Shown here piece after piece: positions 10,590 to 20,793 of a stretch of DNA of 64,000 nucleotides. The position numbers and the translations under genes were made by a program. Source of the DNA: an uncultured Candidatus Rokubacteria bacterium (lineage in GTDB: Bacteria > Methylomirabilota > Methylomirabilia > Rokubacteriales > CSP1-6); NCBI GenBank assembly GCA_963762145.1, contig CAVXJS010000022.1, forward strand, positions 73,885 through 137,884, written 5' to 3'. The stretch's first letter is position 1, and every line of letters begins with the position of its first letter. Under the pieces are notes generated by a model that worked only from the letters and a program-made list of their open reading frames with translations, searched no databases and was not told the DNA's origin.

Positions 10590-11075
10590 TTACTGCGGCG
10601 GCTCCAGCTTGAAGTTGGCCGCAAGGATATCGAAAGTCTTCTTGCCCGCCGGGAGCGTGGCGGTCACCGTGTCGCCGACCTTCTTGCCGATGATGGTGCG
10701 GGCGAGCGGGGACATGATCGAGATCAGGCCGCGCTTGGGGTCCGCCTCGTCCGATCCCACGATCTGATAGATCGCCTCCTTGCCGTCCTCGTCCTCGAGC
10801 CGCACCGTGGAGCCGAAGGTGACCCGATCCCCGGAGGTCGGCGGATCGATCACCTCGGCGGTGCCGACCTTGGCCTCGAGATCCGAGATGCGCGCCTCGA
10901 TGAAGCCCTGCCGCTCCCGCGCGGCATGATATTCCGCGTTCTCGCTGAGATCGCCGTGGGCCCGCGCTTCCGCGATGGCCCGCACGATGCTGGGGCGCTC
11001 CTTCTTGAGCCGCTCCACTTCCTCCCGCAGGTGCTCGTAGCCCGGGCGCGTCATCGGCGTGCGCTGAACGCTCAT
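10590..11075 (-). CDS. greA: transcription elongation factor GreA
   Basis: 161 aa. The coiled-coil N-terminus carries [15 protein letters not shown]. The C-terminal domain follows the GreA pattern. Confidence 0.95.
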   Translation of the reverse strand: MSVQRTPMTRPGYEHLREEVERLKKERPSIVRAIAEARAHGDLSENAEYHAARERQGFIEARISDLEAKVGTAEVIDPPTSGDRVTFGSTVRLEDEDGKEAIYQIVGSDEADPKRGLISIMSPLARTIIGKKVGDTVTATLPAGKKTFDILAANFKLEPPQ

Positions 11076-11626
11076 GACCCGATCACCTCATCGCTCCGCT
11101 TCACCTCGGCGAGGAAGCCGTTCAGGCTCCCCAGGTGCGTGCGGTGGACCTGATCGTGGGGGATGACCGCGCCGTCGGGCCCCTTGACGTCCATCGCCGC
11201 GGTGGCGTCGGATAGCAGGGTCACCTTGAAACCGCGATGCGCCGCTTCCCGGGTGGTGGTGTCGCAGCACATCTGGGTCATGAACCCGGAGACGATCACC
11301 CGCTCGATGCCGAGCTTCCGGAGCGCGGACTCGAGCGGCGTGTTCGTGAACGAGCCCGGGAGGTGCTTGGTGATCACCGGCTCGCCCGCCGCGGGGGACA
11401 CCGCGTCGTGGATCGCGAGCGCCGGGCTGCCCGGCACGAAGGTGGCGGCGCCGGGCCGCTGGCTCTCGTGCACGATGTGGAAGACCGGCATCCGGCTCGC
11501 GCGCGCCCATCGCAGGGTCTCCGCGATGCGCGCCACCGCCTTCGGCCCGTCCGGCAGCACGACCTTGCCGATCGGGGCGAAGTACTCCCGCTGGGCATCG
11601 ATGATGAGGAGCGCGGTCTTGTCCAT
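11072..11626 (-). CDS. isochorismatase-family hydrolase
   Basis: 184 aa starting [16 protein letters not shown], with [17 protein letters not shown]. It is embedded in the chimeric 830-aa ORF 11072..13564. Its stop overlaps the greA start. Confidence 0.85.
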   Translation of the reverse strand: MDKTALLIIDAQREYFAPIGKVVLPDGPKAVARIAETLRWARASRMPVFHIVHESQRPGAATFVPGSPALAIHDAVSPAAGEPVITKHLPGSFTNTPLESALRKLGIERVIVSGFMTQMCCDTTTREAAHRGFKVTLLSDATAAMDVKGPDGAVIPHDQVHRTHLGSLNGFLAEVKRSDEVIGS

Positions 11627-11643
11627 CGCGGGGCCCTCGTCGT

Positions 11644-13564
11644 TCAGCGGGTGAGGGTGGCGGGCTGCCCGCCGACCTGAACCTTCGAATCCGCGAGCCG
11701 GCCCCGGATCCAGTTGTCCCACGCGAGCGCGCGCTTCTGCTCGAGCACCTGCTTTTCCAGCTCCGCGCGCTCCTTCTCGAGACCGTCGGGGGCGGCCGCC
11801 GTGCGCTCGAGCGTCTTGACCACGTAGACACCCCCGTCGGCGCGCACCGGCTCCGCGACCTGGCCCGCGGGCGTCTGCAGCGCGGCCACCAGCACGCCGC
11901 CGGGCAGGCTCCCCCGCTCCTTCGGTGGATCCGAGCGCGAGAACATCGGAATGCTCCCGGTGCTGAAGCCGTCGGCCTTGGCGGCCGCGCGCGAAATCAC
12001 CGCCCTTGCCCAGGGCCGCCACCAGGGCCTTCGCCTTGTCGGTCACCTGCTGCTCGGCGCGCTCCCGCTTGATCGCTTCCACCACGCGATCCCGGATCTC
12101 CGCCACCGGCGGCACCCCGGCCGGGATCTGCTGCTCGATCTTGACGATCGCGATGCCGCCCGCGGTCTTGATCGGGGTGGAGACCCCGCCCACCGTGAGC
12201 CCGAAGAGGGTCTCGTCGAGCGCCGGATCGCGACCGGCCTCGCCGAGCGCGTCGCCGCGGCCGAAGGTGGCCTCGTGGGCGTCGAGGCCGAGCCGCTTGG
12301 CCTCGGCGCGGAAATCCTTGGCCGACAGCAGCGCGGCCCGCACCTCGTCGGCCCGCGTCTGCGCGGCCTGCTCGCTCTTCTGCGCGGTGAGCATCTCCTT
12401 GATCCTGGCCGCGACGTCCTTGAGCGGAGCCTGGCCCCCCTCCTTGATGTCGAGCACCCGGATCGCGTGATAGCCGAAGGGGGTGCGAACCGGAGCCGCC
12501 GAGATCTCACCCTTCTTGAGCGCGAAGGCGGCCTGCTCGAAGGGCGCCACCAGCTCCCCCGCCCCGACGAAGCCCAGGTCGCCGCCCTGGACCGCGCTGG
12601 CCTTGTCCTCGGAGATCTCACGAGCGAGCTTGGCGAAGTCCTCGCCACCCTTCGCGCGCTTGATGACGTCCTCGACCTTCGCCTTCGCCGCGTTCTCCGC
12701 GTCGCTGCCTCCCACCGGGGGCACCCGCACGAGCACGTGGGACACCCGCAGGCGCTTCGGCTCGTCGAACTCGGCGGCGTGCTCCTTGTAGTAGGCTTCC
12801 ACCTCCGCGTCCGACACGGTGACCGCGGCCTTCTTGGGGCTCAGGATCACGTACAGCAGCTTCCGCCGCTCGGGCTGGCTGAACTGGGGCTGGTGCGCCT
12901 TCACGTAGGGCTCGAGGTCGGCGTCGGCCACCTGCACCGAGGCCATCACCGGCTTCACGTCCGCGTAGGCCCACGCCGCGCGCACTCGCTCGTGACGCTC
13001 CCGGTACGCGTGCTGGACCTCCTCGTCGGATACCTTCACGCCCTGCTTGATCAGGCCTTCCATCTTGCGGCGCACGAGCTGCCGGCGAACCTCGTTCTCG
13101 AACTCGCCCGGATCGAGCCGAAGCTGCTTGAGCACCTTGATGTACTCGTCGCGCGAGAAGCGCCCGCCTTCCTGGAACTCCCGGATCTGCTGGATGGTGG
13201 TGCGCAGCTCGTCGTCGCTCACGAGCACGCCCTCCTTGACCGCGCCCTGGATCACCACCGCCTCGGTGACGAGCTCGTTGACCACCTGCTGCGAGACGCC
13301 GAGCCGCTCCGCGAGCTCGGGGGTGAGGCGCTGACGGGACATCCGCTCGTAGGCCGCGATGGTATTGGCCTGGGCGCGACGGAACCGCTCGAAGGGGATC
13401 TCCTCGCCGTTGACCACCGCCACCGAGTTGCCGGGGACGCCGCTCGAGGGCCCACTGCCCCAGTAGAAGAGCACGCCCGAGGTCAGGATGAAGACCACGA
13501 CGACGATCAGGAGCACGATCTTCAAGCTCCTGGCATATTCGCGCATCATGCTGATCACTGCCAC
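11644..13564 (-). pseudogene. ppiD: PpiD-like periplasmic chaperone / parvulin-type peptidyl-prolyl isomerase with one apparent frameshift
   Basis: N-terminal TM anchor, SurA-N-like region and a parvulin block (VSHVLVR...[21 protein letters not shown]) are in the frame of ORF 11072..13564. The C-terminus is in ORF 11644..12000. The frame switch lies at about 11985-11995. Confidence 0.75.
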
Positions 13565-13635
13565 GACCTCCTAGGAATTGGTGAACGCGGTCGAGGCCTT
13601 AGCCTACCACAGCCCGGGAGGCGCCCCGGCCGGCC

Positions 13636-15021
13636 TCAGGCCTGGAGCAGGCGCTGGATCAGGGGCAGGGCGAAGTAGATGACGAAGGCGATCGCCGCCC
13701 CGTACATCATCGGCGCCACCTCGCGCCCGCGGCCGCGAACGAGCTTGATGAAGCAGTAGCTGACGAAGCCGGTCCCGATCCCGTTGGTGATCGAGTAGGT
13801 GAACGCCATCATGGTCAGGGTCAGGAGGGCGGGGAATCCCTCCTCGAAGTCGTCGAAGGGGATCTCGCGCACGAGTCGGCTCATGAGGTACCCGACCACG
13901 ATGAGGGCCGGCGCGGTGGCCTGGGCCGGGACGACCCCGGCCAGCGGCGCGAGGAACAGCGCGAGGAGGAAGCAGACACCCGTCACCACCGAGGCCAGCC
14001 CGGTGCGCGCCCCCGCCGCGACGCCGGCCGCCGACTCGATGTAGGTCGTGGCCGACGAGGCGCCCGCCGCCCCGCCCGCCACCGCGCCCAGCGAATCCAC
14101 CAGCAGCACCCGATTGAGCCGCGGCAGACGGCCGTCGGGGGTGAGCCAGCCCGCCTCGCCCCCGATCCCGATCACGGTGCCCATGGTGTCGAAGAAGTCC
14201 GAGAGCATCAGGGAGAAGATCGTGACCAGCGCGGTGATGAGGCCGAGGCGGACGAAGACGGAGAAATCGAAACCGGCGCCCACGCTCGAGAAGTCGGGCA
14301 GCGCCACCAGCGTCGTCGGCCACACCGCCTGTCCGGGCAGCGGAAAGGCGCGGCCCGCGGTGCCGGAGTTGACCGCGATGGCGAGCGCGGTGGTGGCCAG
14401 GATGCCGACCAGGAGCGCCCCGGTGAATCGTCGCGCGGTCAGCCAGACGGTCAGCAGCAGGCCGAAGAGCGCGACCGCCACCGGCGCGGCGGTGAGATCG
14501 CCCAGCGTGACCGGGACGCCCGTCGGCCCCGGCTTCACGATGCCCGCCGCGCCGAGCCCGATGAAGAGGATGAACAGCCCGATGCCGACGCCGATGGCGC
14601 GCTTCAGGGTCGTCGGGATCGCGTGCATGATCGCCTCGCGGAATCCGGTGAGCACCAGCACCGTGATCACGAGCCCCTCGAGCAGCACCACGCCCATCGC
14701 GGCGGTCCACGGCAGCTTGAGCGTGGCCACGAGCTGGAAGGCGACCACCGCGTTGATCCCCATCCCGGAGGCGATCGCGAGCGGGTAATTCGTGGCCAAC
14801 CCCATGGCGATGGTGAGCAGGCCCGCCACGAGGCAAGTCGCGGCCTGGGTGGCCGCGAACGACGGCCCCTGGCCCGCGAGCGCGGGGATGCCCGCGAACG
14901 AGAGGATCGCGGGATTCACGAAGATGATGTAGGCCATCACCATGAAGGTGGTGAGGCCGCCCCGGACCTCGCCCCCCACCGTCGCGCGCCGCCGGCTCAG
15001 CTCGAACCAGCGCTCGAGCAC
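13636..15021 (-). CDS. NCS2-family (AzgA-type) purine permease
   Basis: Intact 461-aa polytopic ORF. The N-terminus MLERWFELSRRRATVGGEVRGGLTTFMVMAYIIFVNP is typical of adenine/guanine/hypoxanthine permeases. Confidence 0.9.
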   Translation of the reverse strand: MLERWFELSRRRATVGGEVRGGLTTFMVMAYIIFVNPAILSFAGIPALAGQGPSFAATQAATCLVAGLLTIAMGLATNYPLAIASGMGINAVVAFQLVATLKLPWTAAMGVVLLEGLVITVLVLTGFREAIMHAIPTTLKRAIGVGIGLFILFIGLGAAGIVKPGPTGVPVTLGDLTAAPVAVALFGLLLTVWLTARRFTGALLVGILATTALAIAVNSGTAGRAFPLPGQAVWPTTLVALPDFSSVGAGFDFSVFVRLGLITALVTIFSLMLSDFFDTMGTVIGIGGEAGWLTPDGRLPRLNRVLLVDSLGAVAGGAAGASSATTYIESAAGVAAGARTGLASVVTGVCFLLALFLAPLAGVVPAQATAPALIVVGYLMSRLVREIPFDDFEEGFPALLTLTMMAFTYSITNGIGTGFVSYCFIKLVRGRGREVAPMMYGAAIAFVIYFALPLIQRLLQA

Positions 15022-15024
15022 GGG

Positions 15025-15855
15025 TCAGTCGCTCTCCGGGTCCGCCACCCGCGGGAGCGCGACGCCCTCTTCCGGCACCACCCGCCGGGCCACCGTGAGG
15101 AACCCGGTGTGGGCGACCATCCGGTGGAACGGCCGCACCGACGTGCCGTCGATGTTCCACGGCCGCAGCAGCGTCTCGAAGGTCTCCACGAGCGCGTAGC
15201 CGCGGTGGCGCCGGAGCGTCTCGGTGAGGGTGTGGGACTGGATGATCGTCGGCAGGTAGGACAGGAAGATCCCGCCCGGCCGCAACACGGTGGCCACCAG
15301 ATCCACGAGCTTCCAGGGCTCCGGCAGGTCGAAGACCGCGCGATCCACCGGCTCCTCCTCGGGGAGCCCGTCCTCCACCGGGCGGATCCGCACGTTCAGA
15401 TTGCCGACCTCGCCCATGCGCAGGTGGATGTTGGCCAGCGCGCGGCGGCAGAAATCCTCGCGCTGCTCGTAGCTCACCACGCGGCCCTCGGGGCCGACCG
15501 CGCGCAACAGCGCGAGGGTGAGCGCGCCCGAGCCCATGCCGGCCTCGAGCACGCGGGCGCCCGGGAAGATGTCGGCCCAGAACATGACCATGGCCAGGTC
15601 CTTGGGATAGATCACCTGGGCGCCGCGCGGCATGTCGAGCACGTACTCTGCCAGCGTGGGACGCAGCGCGAGATACCGCGTGCCCTTGGAGGTGCGCACC
15701 CAGGAGCCGTCGGGGTGCCCGATGATGGCTTCGTGGGTCACCCAGCCCCGGTCGGAGTGGAAGGTGTCGCCCTTGCGGAGCAGCAGGAGATGCCGCCGAC
15801 CGCGCTGGTCGATCAGCAGGACCTGCTCGCCGTCCTGAAACTTATCCAGCGCCAC
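15025..15855 (-). CDS. trmI: tRNA (adenine-N1)-methyltransferase, TrmI/GCD14-like
   Basis: 276 aa with an N-terminal beta domain and the SAM motif VLEAGMGSGALTLALLRAVGPEGRVVSYE. Confidence 0.8.
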   Translation of the reverse strand: MALDKFQDGEQVLLIDQRGRRHLLLLRKGDTFHSDRGWVTHEAIIGHPDGSWVRTSKGTRYLALRPTLAEYVLDMPRGAQVIYPKDLAMVMFWADIFPGARVLEAGMGSGALTLALLRAVGPEGRVVSYEQREDFCRRALANIHLRMGEVGNLNVRIRPVEDGLPEEEPVDRAVFDLPEPWKLVDLVATVLRPGGIFLSYLPTIIQSHTLTETLRRHRGYALVETFETLLRPWNIDGTSVRPFHRMVAHTGFLTVARRVVPEEGVALPRVADPESD

Positions 15856-17071
15856 CGGTCTTGGGATCCGGGAGGAACAGGGCGACCAGGAAGCCGGCCA
15901 GGGGCATGACCGCGGAGATGCCGAGAGCCGCCGTGAGCCCCCAGTGATCGGCCACCCATCCGAGCGCGCTCGCGCCGACGCCGCCCGCGCCGATCGCGAA
16001 GCCGACGATGAGCCCGGAGGCCATGCCCGGATGCTTGGGCAGGTAGGCCTGGCCGAGCACCACCGACACCGTGAAGGTCGAGACGAGCACGAACCCCAGC
16101 AGGGCCAGGAGCACGAACACGAGGGGGCCGCCGCTCACGAACAGGAAGCCCATCGCGAGCGGGGTGGCGAGGAGGAACACGCTGACCACGTAGCGTCGCA
16201 CGCCGACCCGGTCCGCGATGGGACCGGCCACCAGGGTGCCGATGACGCCCGCGCCGAGGAACACCGCGAGCAGGGTGCCGACCAGCCGCGGATCACCGTG
16301 CAGCACATCCTTCCAGTAGAACGGCATGAAGGTGGTGAAGCCGAGCTGCGTCCACGAGCGGATCGCGACCACCAGGATGAGCAGGCTCATCGCGCCCACC
16401 ATGGTCTGGGCGCCCGCGGCGCTCGCCCGGTCGCGGGCCACCGCGGGTGGCGGCGCGGACAGCCGCGGCAGCACCGCGGTGAGCAGCCCGGCCATCAGCA
16501 GCCCCGGGACCAGCATGCCGAGGCTGCCCGGCAGGCCGTAGGTGGTGAGCAGGACCGTGAGCAGCGGCGGGCCCAGCGCGATGCCGATATTGCCGCCGGT
16601 GGAGAAGATCGAGACGCCGGTGGCCTTGCGGTCGCCCGCCACCGCGGTGGCGGTGCGGTAGCCCTCCGGATGATACGCGGCGACGCCGAATCCGGTGATC
16701 ATCACCAGCGCGAGCACCGCGCCGTAAGACGGCGCCAGCCCCAGAAAGCCCAGGCCCACCGCGGAGAGCAGCACCGAGATCGGCAGCAGCCACCGCCGCG
16801 CCGTCTTGTCGGCCAGGTAGCCGAAGAGCGGCTGGATCAGCGACGAGGTGATGTTCGCCGCCAGGACGATGAAGCCGGTGGCCGCGTACGAGAGATTGAG
16901 CGCGTCCTTGAGGAACGGCAGGATGACCGGGAACGAGCCCTGATTGATGTCGATGACCATGTGGCCCAGGGCCAGGAATCCCAGCAGCCGCATGTCCGGC
17001 TTGACGCGCGCGGCGGGGGCGGCGGCCGTCGCGGGCAGGGTAACGGCGGCGGCCGAGGAGTCGGGAGTCAT
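15842..17071 (-). CDS. MFS transporter
   Basis: Intact 409-aa ORF with about 12 predicted TM segments. Resembles Fsr-type MFS proteins. Confidence 0.85.
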   Translation of the reverse strand: MTPDSSAAAVTLPATAAAPAARVKPDMRLLGFLALGHMVIDINQGSFPVILPFLKDALNLSYAATGFIVLAANITSSLIQPLFGYLADKTARRWLLPISVLLSAVGLGFLGLAPSYGAVLALVMITGFGVAAYHPEGYRTATAVAGDRKATGVSIFSTGGNIGIALGPPLLTVLLTTYGLPGSLGMLVPGLLMAGLLTAVLPRLSAPPPAVARDRASAAGAQTMVGAMSLLILVVAIRSWTQLGFTTFMPFYWKDVLHGDPRLVGTLLAVFLGAGVIGTLVAGPIADRVGVRRYVVSVFLLATPLAMGFLFVSGGPLVFVLLALLGFVLVSTFTVSVVLGQAYLPKHPGMASGLIVGFAIGAGGVGASALGWVADHWGLTAALGISAVMPLAGFLVALFLPDPKTGGAG

Positions 17072-17090
17072 AGGGGCCTATGCTACACCA

Positions 17091-17125
17091 CCCTCTCCCC
17101 AGCGGGGAGAGGGCAGGGTGAGGGG
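17091..17125. repeat. REP-like GC-rich palindromic intergenic element, copy 2
   Basis: ccctctcccc-agc-ggggagaggg followed by cagggtgagggg. Same architecture and orientation as 1243-1278. Confidence 0.6.
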
Positions 17126-17150
17126 TCAGATGCCGAGGGGTCAGATGCCG
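17121..17150. repeat. perfect 15-bp tandem duplication spanning the gcdH stop codon
   Basis: aggggtcagatgccg occurs twice back to back (17121-17135 and 17136-17150). Confidence 0.85.
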
Positions 17151-18313
17151 AAGGCGTCGAGCCCGGTGATGTCGCGGCCCACGATCAGGGTGTGGATGTC
17201 GTGCGTGCCCTCGTAGGTGTTCACCGTCTCCAGATTCATCATGTGCCGGATGATCGGGTGCTCGTCCACGATGCCGGCCGCGCCCAGGATGTCCCGCGCG
17301 AGCCGCGCGCCGTCGAGCGCCATCTGCACGTTGTTCATCTTGGCCATCGAGATCTGCTGCGGACGCACCCGGCCCGCGTCCTTCAGCTGGCCGAGCCGGA
17401 GACAGAGGAGCTGGGCCTTGGTGATCTCGGTGATCATCCAGACGAGCTTCTGCTGGACGAGCTGGAACGAGCCGATCGGCTTGTCGAACTGGATGCGCTG
17501 CTGGGAGTACTGCAGCGACCAGTCGTAGCACGCCATCGCGGCCCCGATCGCCCCCCACGCGATGCCGTAGCGCGCCTGGGAGAGGCAGGACAGCGGGCCC
17601 TTGAGCCCCTTCACCCCGGGCAGCTTGTTCTCCAGCGGGATGCGGCAGTCCGCGAAGGCCAGCTCCGAGGTGATCGACGCCCGCATCGAGAACTTCCCGT
17701 GGATGTCCATCGTGCTGTAGCCCGGCGTGCCCTTCTCGACGAGGTAGCCGCCGATCTCGCCGTCGTCGCCCTTGGCCCACACCACCGCCACGTCGGCCAC
17801 CGAGCCGTTGGTGATCCAGAGCTTGGTCCCGTTGAGCACGTACTCGTCGCCCTTCTTCACGGCGCGCGTCTTCATCCCGCCCGGGTCCGAGCCGTGGTCG
17901 GGCTCGGTGAGGCCGAAGCAGCCGAGCGCGGCGCCGGACTGCAGGCGCGGAAGCCACCGCTCCTTCTGCGCGTCGGAGCCGTAGCTGTAGATCGGATACA
18001 TGACGAGCCCGCTCTGCACCGAGGCGAAGGACCGCAGGCCCGAGTCGCCGCGCTCCAGCTCCTGCATGATGAGCCCGTAGGCCACGTTGTCGAGGCCGGC
18101 GCAGCCGTAGCCCTTCAGCGTGGCGCCGAACACGCCCATCTCGCCCAGGTCCTGCGCGAGCTCCATGGGGAAGGTGCCGTCGCGGTGGTGCTGGCTCACG
18201 ACGGGGAGGAACTTCGCCTCGACCCAGTCGCGCACCGCGTCGCGCATCATGCGCTGCTCTTCGGTCAGGAGCTCGTCGAAGCCGTAGTAGTCCACGCCGC
18301 GGAACTTTTCCAT
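17141..18313 (-). CDS. gcdH: glutaryl-CoA dehydrogenase-type acyl-CoA dehydrogenase
   Basis: 390 aa starting MEKFRGVDYYGFDELLTEEQ. GCFGLTEPDHGSDPGGM and the C-terminal YEGTHDIHTLIVGRDITG are typical of GcdH. It lies inside chimeric ORF 17141..18832. Confidence 0.9.
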   Translation of the reverse strand: MEKFRGVDYYGFDELLTEEQRMMRDAVRDWVEAKFLPVVSQHHRDGTFPMELAQDLGEMGVFGATLKGYGCAGLDNVAYGLIMQELERGDSGLRSFASVQSGLVMYPIYSYGSDAQKERWLPRLQSGAALGCFGLTEPDHGSDPGGMKTRAVKKGDEYVLNGTKLWITNGSVADVAVVWAKGDDGEIGGYLVEKGTPGYSTMDIHGKFSMRASITSELAFADCRIPLENKLPGVKGLKGPLSCLSQARYGIAWGAIGAAMACYDWSLQYSQQRIQFDKPIGSFQLVQQKLVWMITEITKAQLLCLRLGQLKDAGRVRPQQISMAKMNNVQMALDGARLARDILGAAGIVDEHPIIRHMMNLETVNTYEGTHDIHTLIVGRDITGLDAFGI

Positions 18314-18339
18314 AACGCTGTCCTTGCTCGGGGCTGGGG

Positions 18340-19747
18340 TTAGAGGTTGGTGGGGTGCGCGGGGCGGTCCTCGCCGAGCGCCTCGTTCAGGGCGCGGGCG
18401 AGCTGCTGATCGTGCTCGTGGCTCATCGCGAAGATCCGGCACTGGGCGACCTTGCCGGGCAGGTACTTCAGCAGCTCCTTGAGCGGCTCGGCCGACACGC
18501 TGCGGTCCGCCGCGTCGTACACGTAGATCTGCCGGTCCTTCATGCCGATCGGGTTCAGCGGGCGCGGGTCCTGCTGGGCCATGTCGATCTTGAACGGGAA
18601 GTTGCGAAGGCCGGGCGGCAGGCAGATCCTTCACCCGCTGCTCGACCTCCTCCGCCTTCATGAAGCTCTGGCCCCGCCGCGGCTCGAAGAGATCGAGGAC
18701 CACCTCATGCGACATGCGCCACTTGAGCCGGCGGTCGAGGATCTGCCGCCACTCCCGGCCGAGGTCCCGGCGCTCCCCGTCGTCGGAGTGCTCCCAGCGC
18801 GCGACCTCCTCGAGCAGCGTCCACTCCGTCATGTTGCAGGTACGGCTGGAGCTCCTTGTTGAGGTCGTGGGGGAAGATCAGCCGCATGGTGTCGCGGAAG
18901 ATGTCCTTGAGATGCAGGTCGATGCCGCGCGTGGTCCGGTGGTAGTAGACGTTGGTGTAGAGGTAGAACCGCGCGTTCAGGAACATGATGAACGCCTGGA
19001 TCCCGCCGCGGTCGAGCGTGAGCCCCTTCTCGCTGAAGAAGGAGTAGTACATGATGCGCTCGATGTCGATCGGCCCCACCGCGACCCCGCACATGTAGGA
19101 GTCGCGCAGCACGTAGTCCATGTTGTCGGCGGTGTAGATGCCCGGAGAGCAGCGGCTTGAGATGCGCGAGCCAGCGCGGATGCTCGGCGGTGGGAAACGT
19201 GTAGCTCTTGCCCATCAGGTAGCAGATCCACTCGGGGTCGATGCGCTCGCCGCTCTCGAAGGGGCCCGACGGGCTGCGCCGGAGCCCGCGGATCAGCTCG
19301 CCCAGCTCCTCCCGGATGATGCGCTGGCCGACCTTCTCGTGGGTGAGATCGAAGTCGGCCAGGAAGTTGTCGTCGAAGAAGTGGCCGAAGGGGCCGTGGC
19401 CCACGTCGTGGAGCAGACCCGCCACGCGGAGCAGCTCCTCGAAGAGCGGCGCCGACGGCGCGTCGGAGAACTCGGCCTTGAGCGAGGCGTGGAGCTGCTG
19501 GGCGAAGCGCCCGGCCAGGTGCATCGCGCCCAGCGAGTGCTGGAAGCGGCTGTGCTCGGCGGCCGGGAATACCCAGCGCGCGGACTGCAGCTGCGGCACG
19601 CGCCGCAGGCGCTGCATCCACGGCCGAGTCGATGAGGTCCTGCTCGGTGGCTTCCCCGGGGACCCCGTCGGGCCGCGTGTAGAGGATGTACTGATGAATG
19701 GGGTCGGCGATGAGACCACGACCCTGGTAGGTGTCCACGCCCTTCAT
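18340..19747 (-). pseudogene. HD-domain phosphohydrolase (SAMHD1/dGTPase-like) with at least 4 frame disruptions
   Basis: One continuous homologue is spread over ORFs 18977..19747, 18829..19719, 18705..19121, 17141..18832 (N-terminal part) and 18340..18582. HD motif HSLGAMHLA...LLHDVGHGPFGH. Switches lie near 19622, 19142, 18837 and 18625. Confidence 0.7.
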
Positions 19748-19761
19748 GGCTAGAGCCTAAC

Positions 19762-20788
19762 CTACTTGTCGGAGGTCCGATAGAAACGGTAGCGATCCAT
19801 CGGCCGCACCGCGATGGCCTCCGTCGCGCCGGCGCGGCGGACGGTCACCCGCACGTCCTGATCCATCGGCGCCTGCCAGAGCTCGCGGTAGAAATCCTCG
19901 CGGCTCGCCACCTGCCGCCCGTTGAGCTGGACGATCACGTCGCCCGCCCGCAGGCCCGCGGCCCGCGCCGGGCTCGAGCGGCGACATGCCGGCCACCACG
20001 ACGCCGCCGTCCACCGACTCCGTGTAGAGACCGAGCCAGGGCGCGGGGCGCGCGGCTCGTCGACGCGGCCCTGCGCCAGCAGCTCGTCCTTGCCGGCGAG
20101 GAACTTGTCGATCGGGATGGCCAGGTTGACGTGGGGCGCCTCGCCCAGGCGCAGCGAGGTGACGCCGATCACGCTGCCCGCGGCGTTGACGAGCGCGGCG
20201 CCGCCGAAGGCGGCATTGTACGGGGTCACGATGAAGGCGCGGTCCAGCATGTACTCCCAGGCGGCCGCGAACGGCCGCACCGCCTGGACCCGGCTCGGGG
20301 TGGCCACCAGGTCGCCGTCGTCCGACACGCCCACCGTGCCGGTGGTGTCGCCGGCCGTGACCATCGTCGAGTCGCCCAGGGTCGCGGCCGGCCACGGCCC
20401 GCGGCCCTCGAGCTGGGCCACCCCGACCCCGACCTCGAGATCGAGCCCGACGAGCCGCGCGGGTACCTTGCGTCCGTCGCGGAGCGAGACCTCGATGCGT
20501 GAGGCGTCGAGCAGGACATAGCTCACGGTCAGGAGGTAAGCCCTGGTCGGCGTCGAAGATGACGCCGCTGCCCCAGCGCTCGACGCCGAGCGTGGCCGCC
20601 GACGGCCGGTCACGCGGCACCTCTACCCGGAGCCCCACCACCGCCGGCTCGACGCGGCGGATCTGGGAGGCGAGTGGAGAGATCTGACGCGGGTCGAGGC
20701 GGCGGTCGGCGTCGCGGGGCGCGGCCGCCGCGGGGAGGGCCAGGGCCAGCAGGCCGACAGCCGCCCAGCGGATCGGCGCGCGCGACAT
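19762..20788 (-). pseudogene. DegP/HtrA-like S1C-fold protein with PDZ domain, catalytic triad apparently replaced, at least 3 frame disruptions
   Basis: Signal peptide MSRAPIRWAAVGLLALALPAAAAP. GSGVIFDADQG-YLLTVSYVL parallels DegP GSGVIIDADKGYVVTNNHVV. The PDZ-like C-terminus contains GLRAGDVIVQLNG. Frame switches lie near 20540, 20050 and 19975. Confidence 0.65.
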
Positions 20789-20793
20789 GCCGG

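Noticed and set aside
11088-13678. Multiple long overlapping ORFs on both strands over the ppiD locus (e.g. 11951..13678 +, 12043..12648 -)
   Set aside because: These are off-frame or antisense shadows of the PpiD-like gene. Only one frame pair shows SurA-N/parvulin-like sequence.
15944-18343. 799-aa plus-strand ORF across the MFS transporter and gcdH loci
   Set aside because: It is antisense to two well-supported genes and has a highly biased (R/G/E/H/D) composition. It is a GC-rich shadow ORF.
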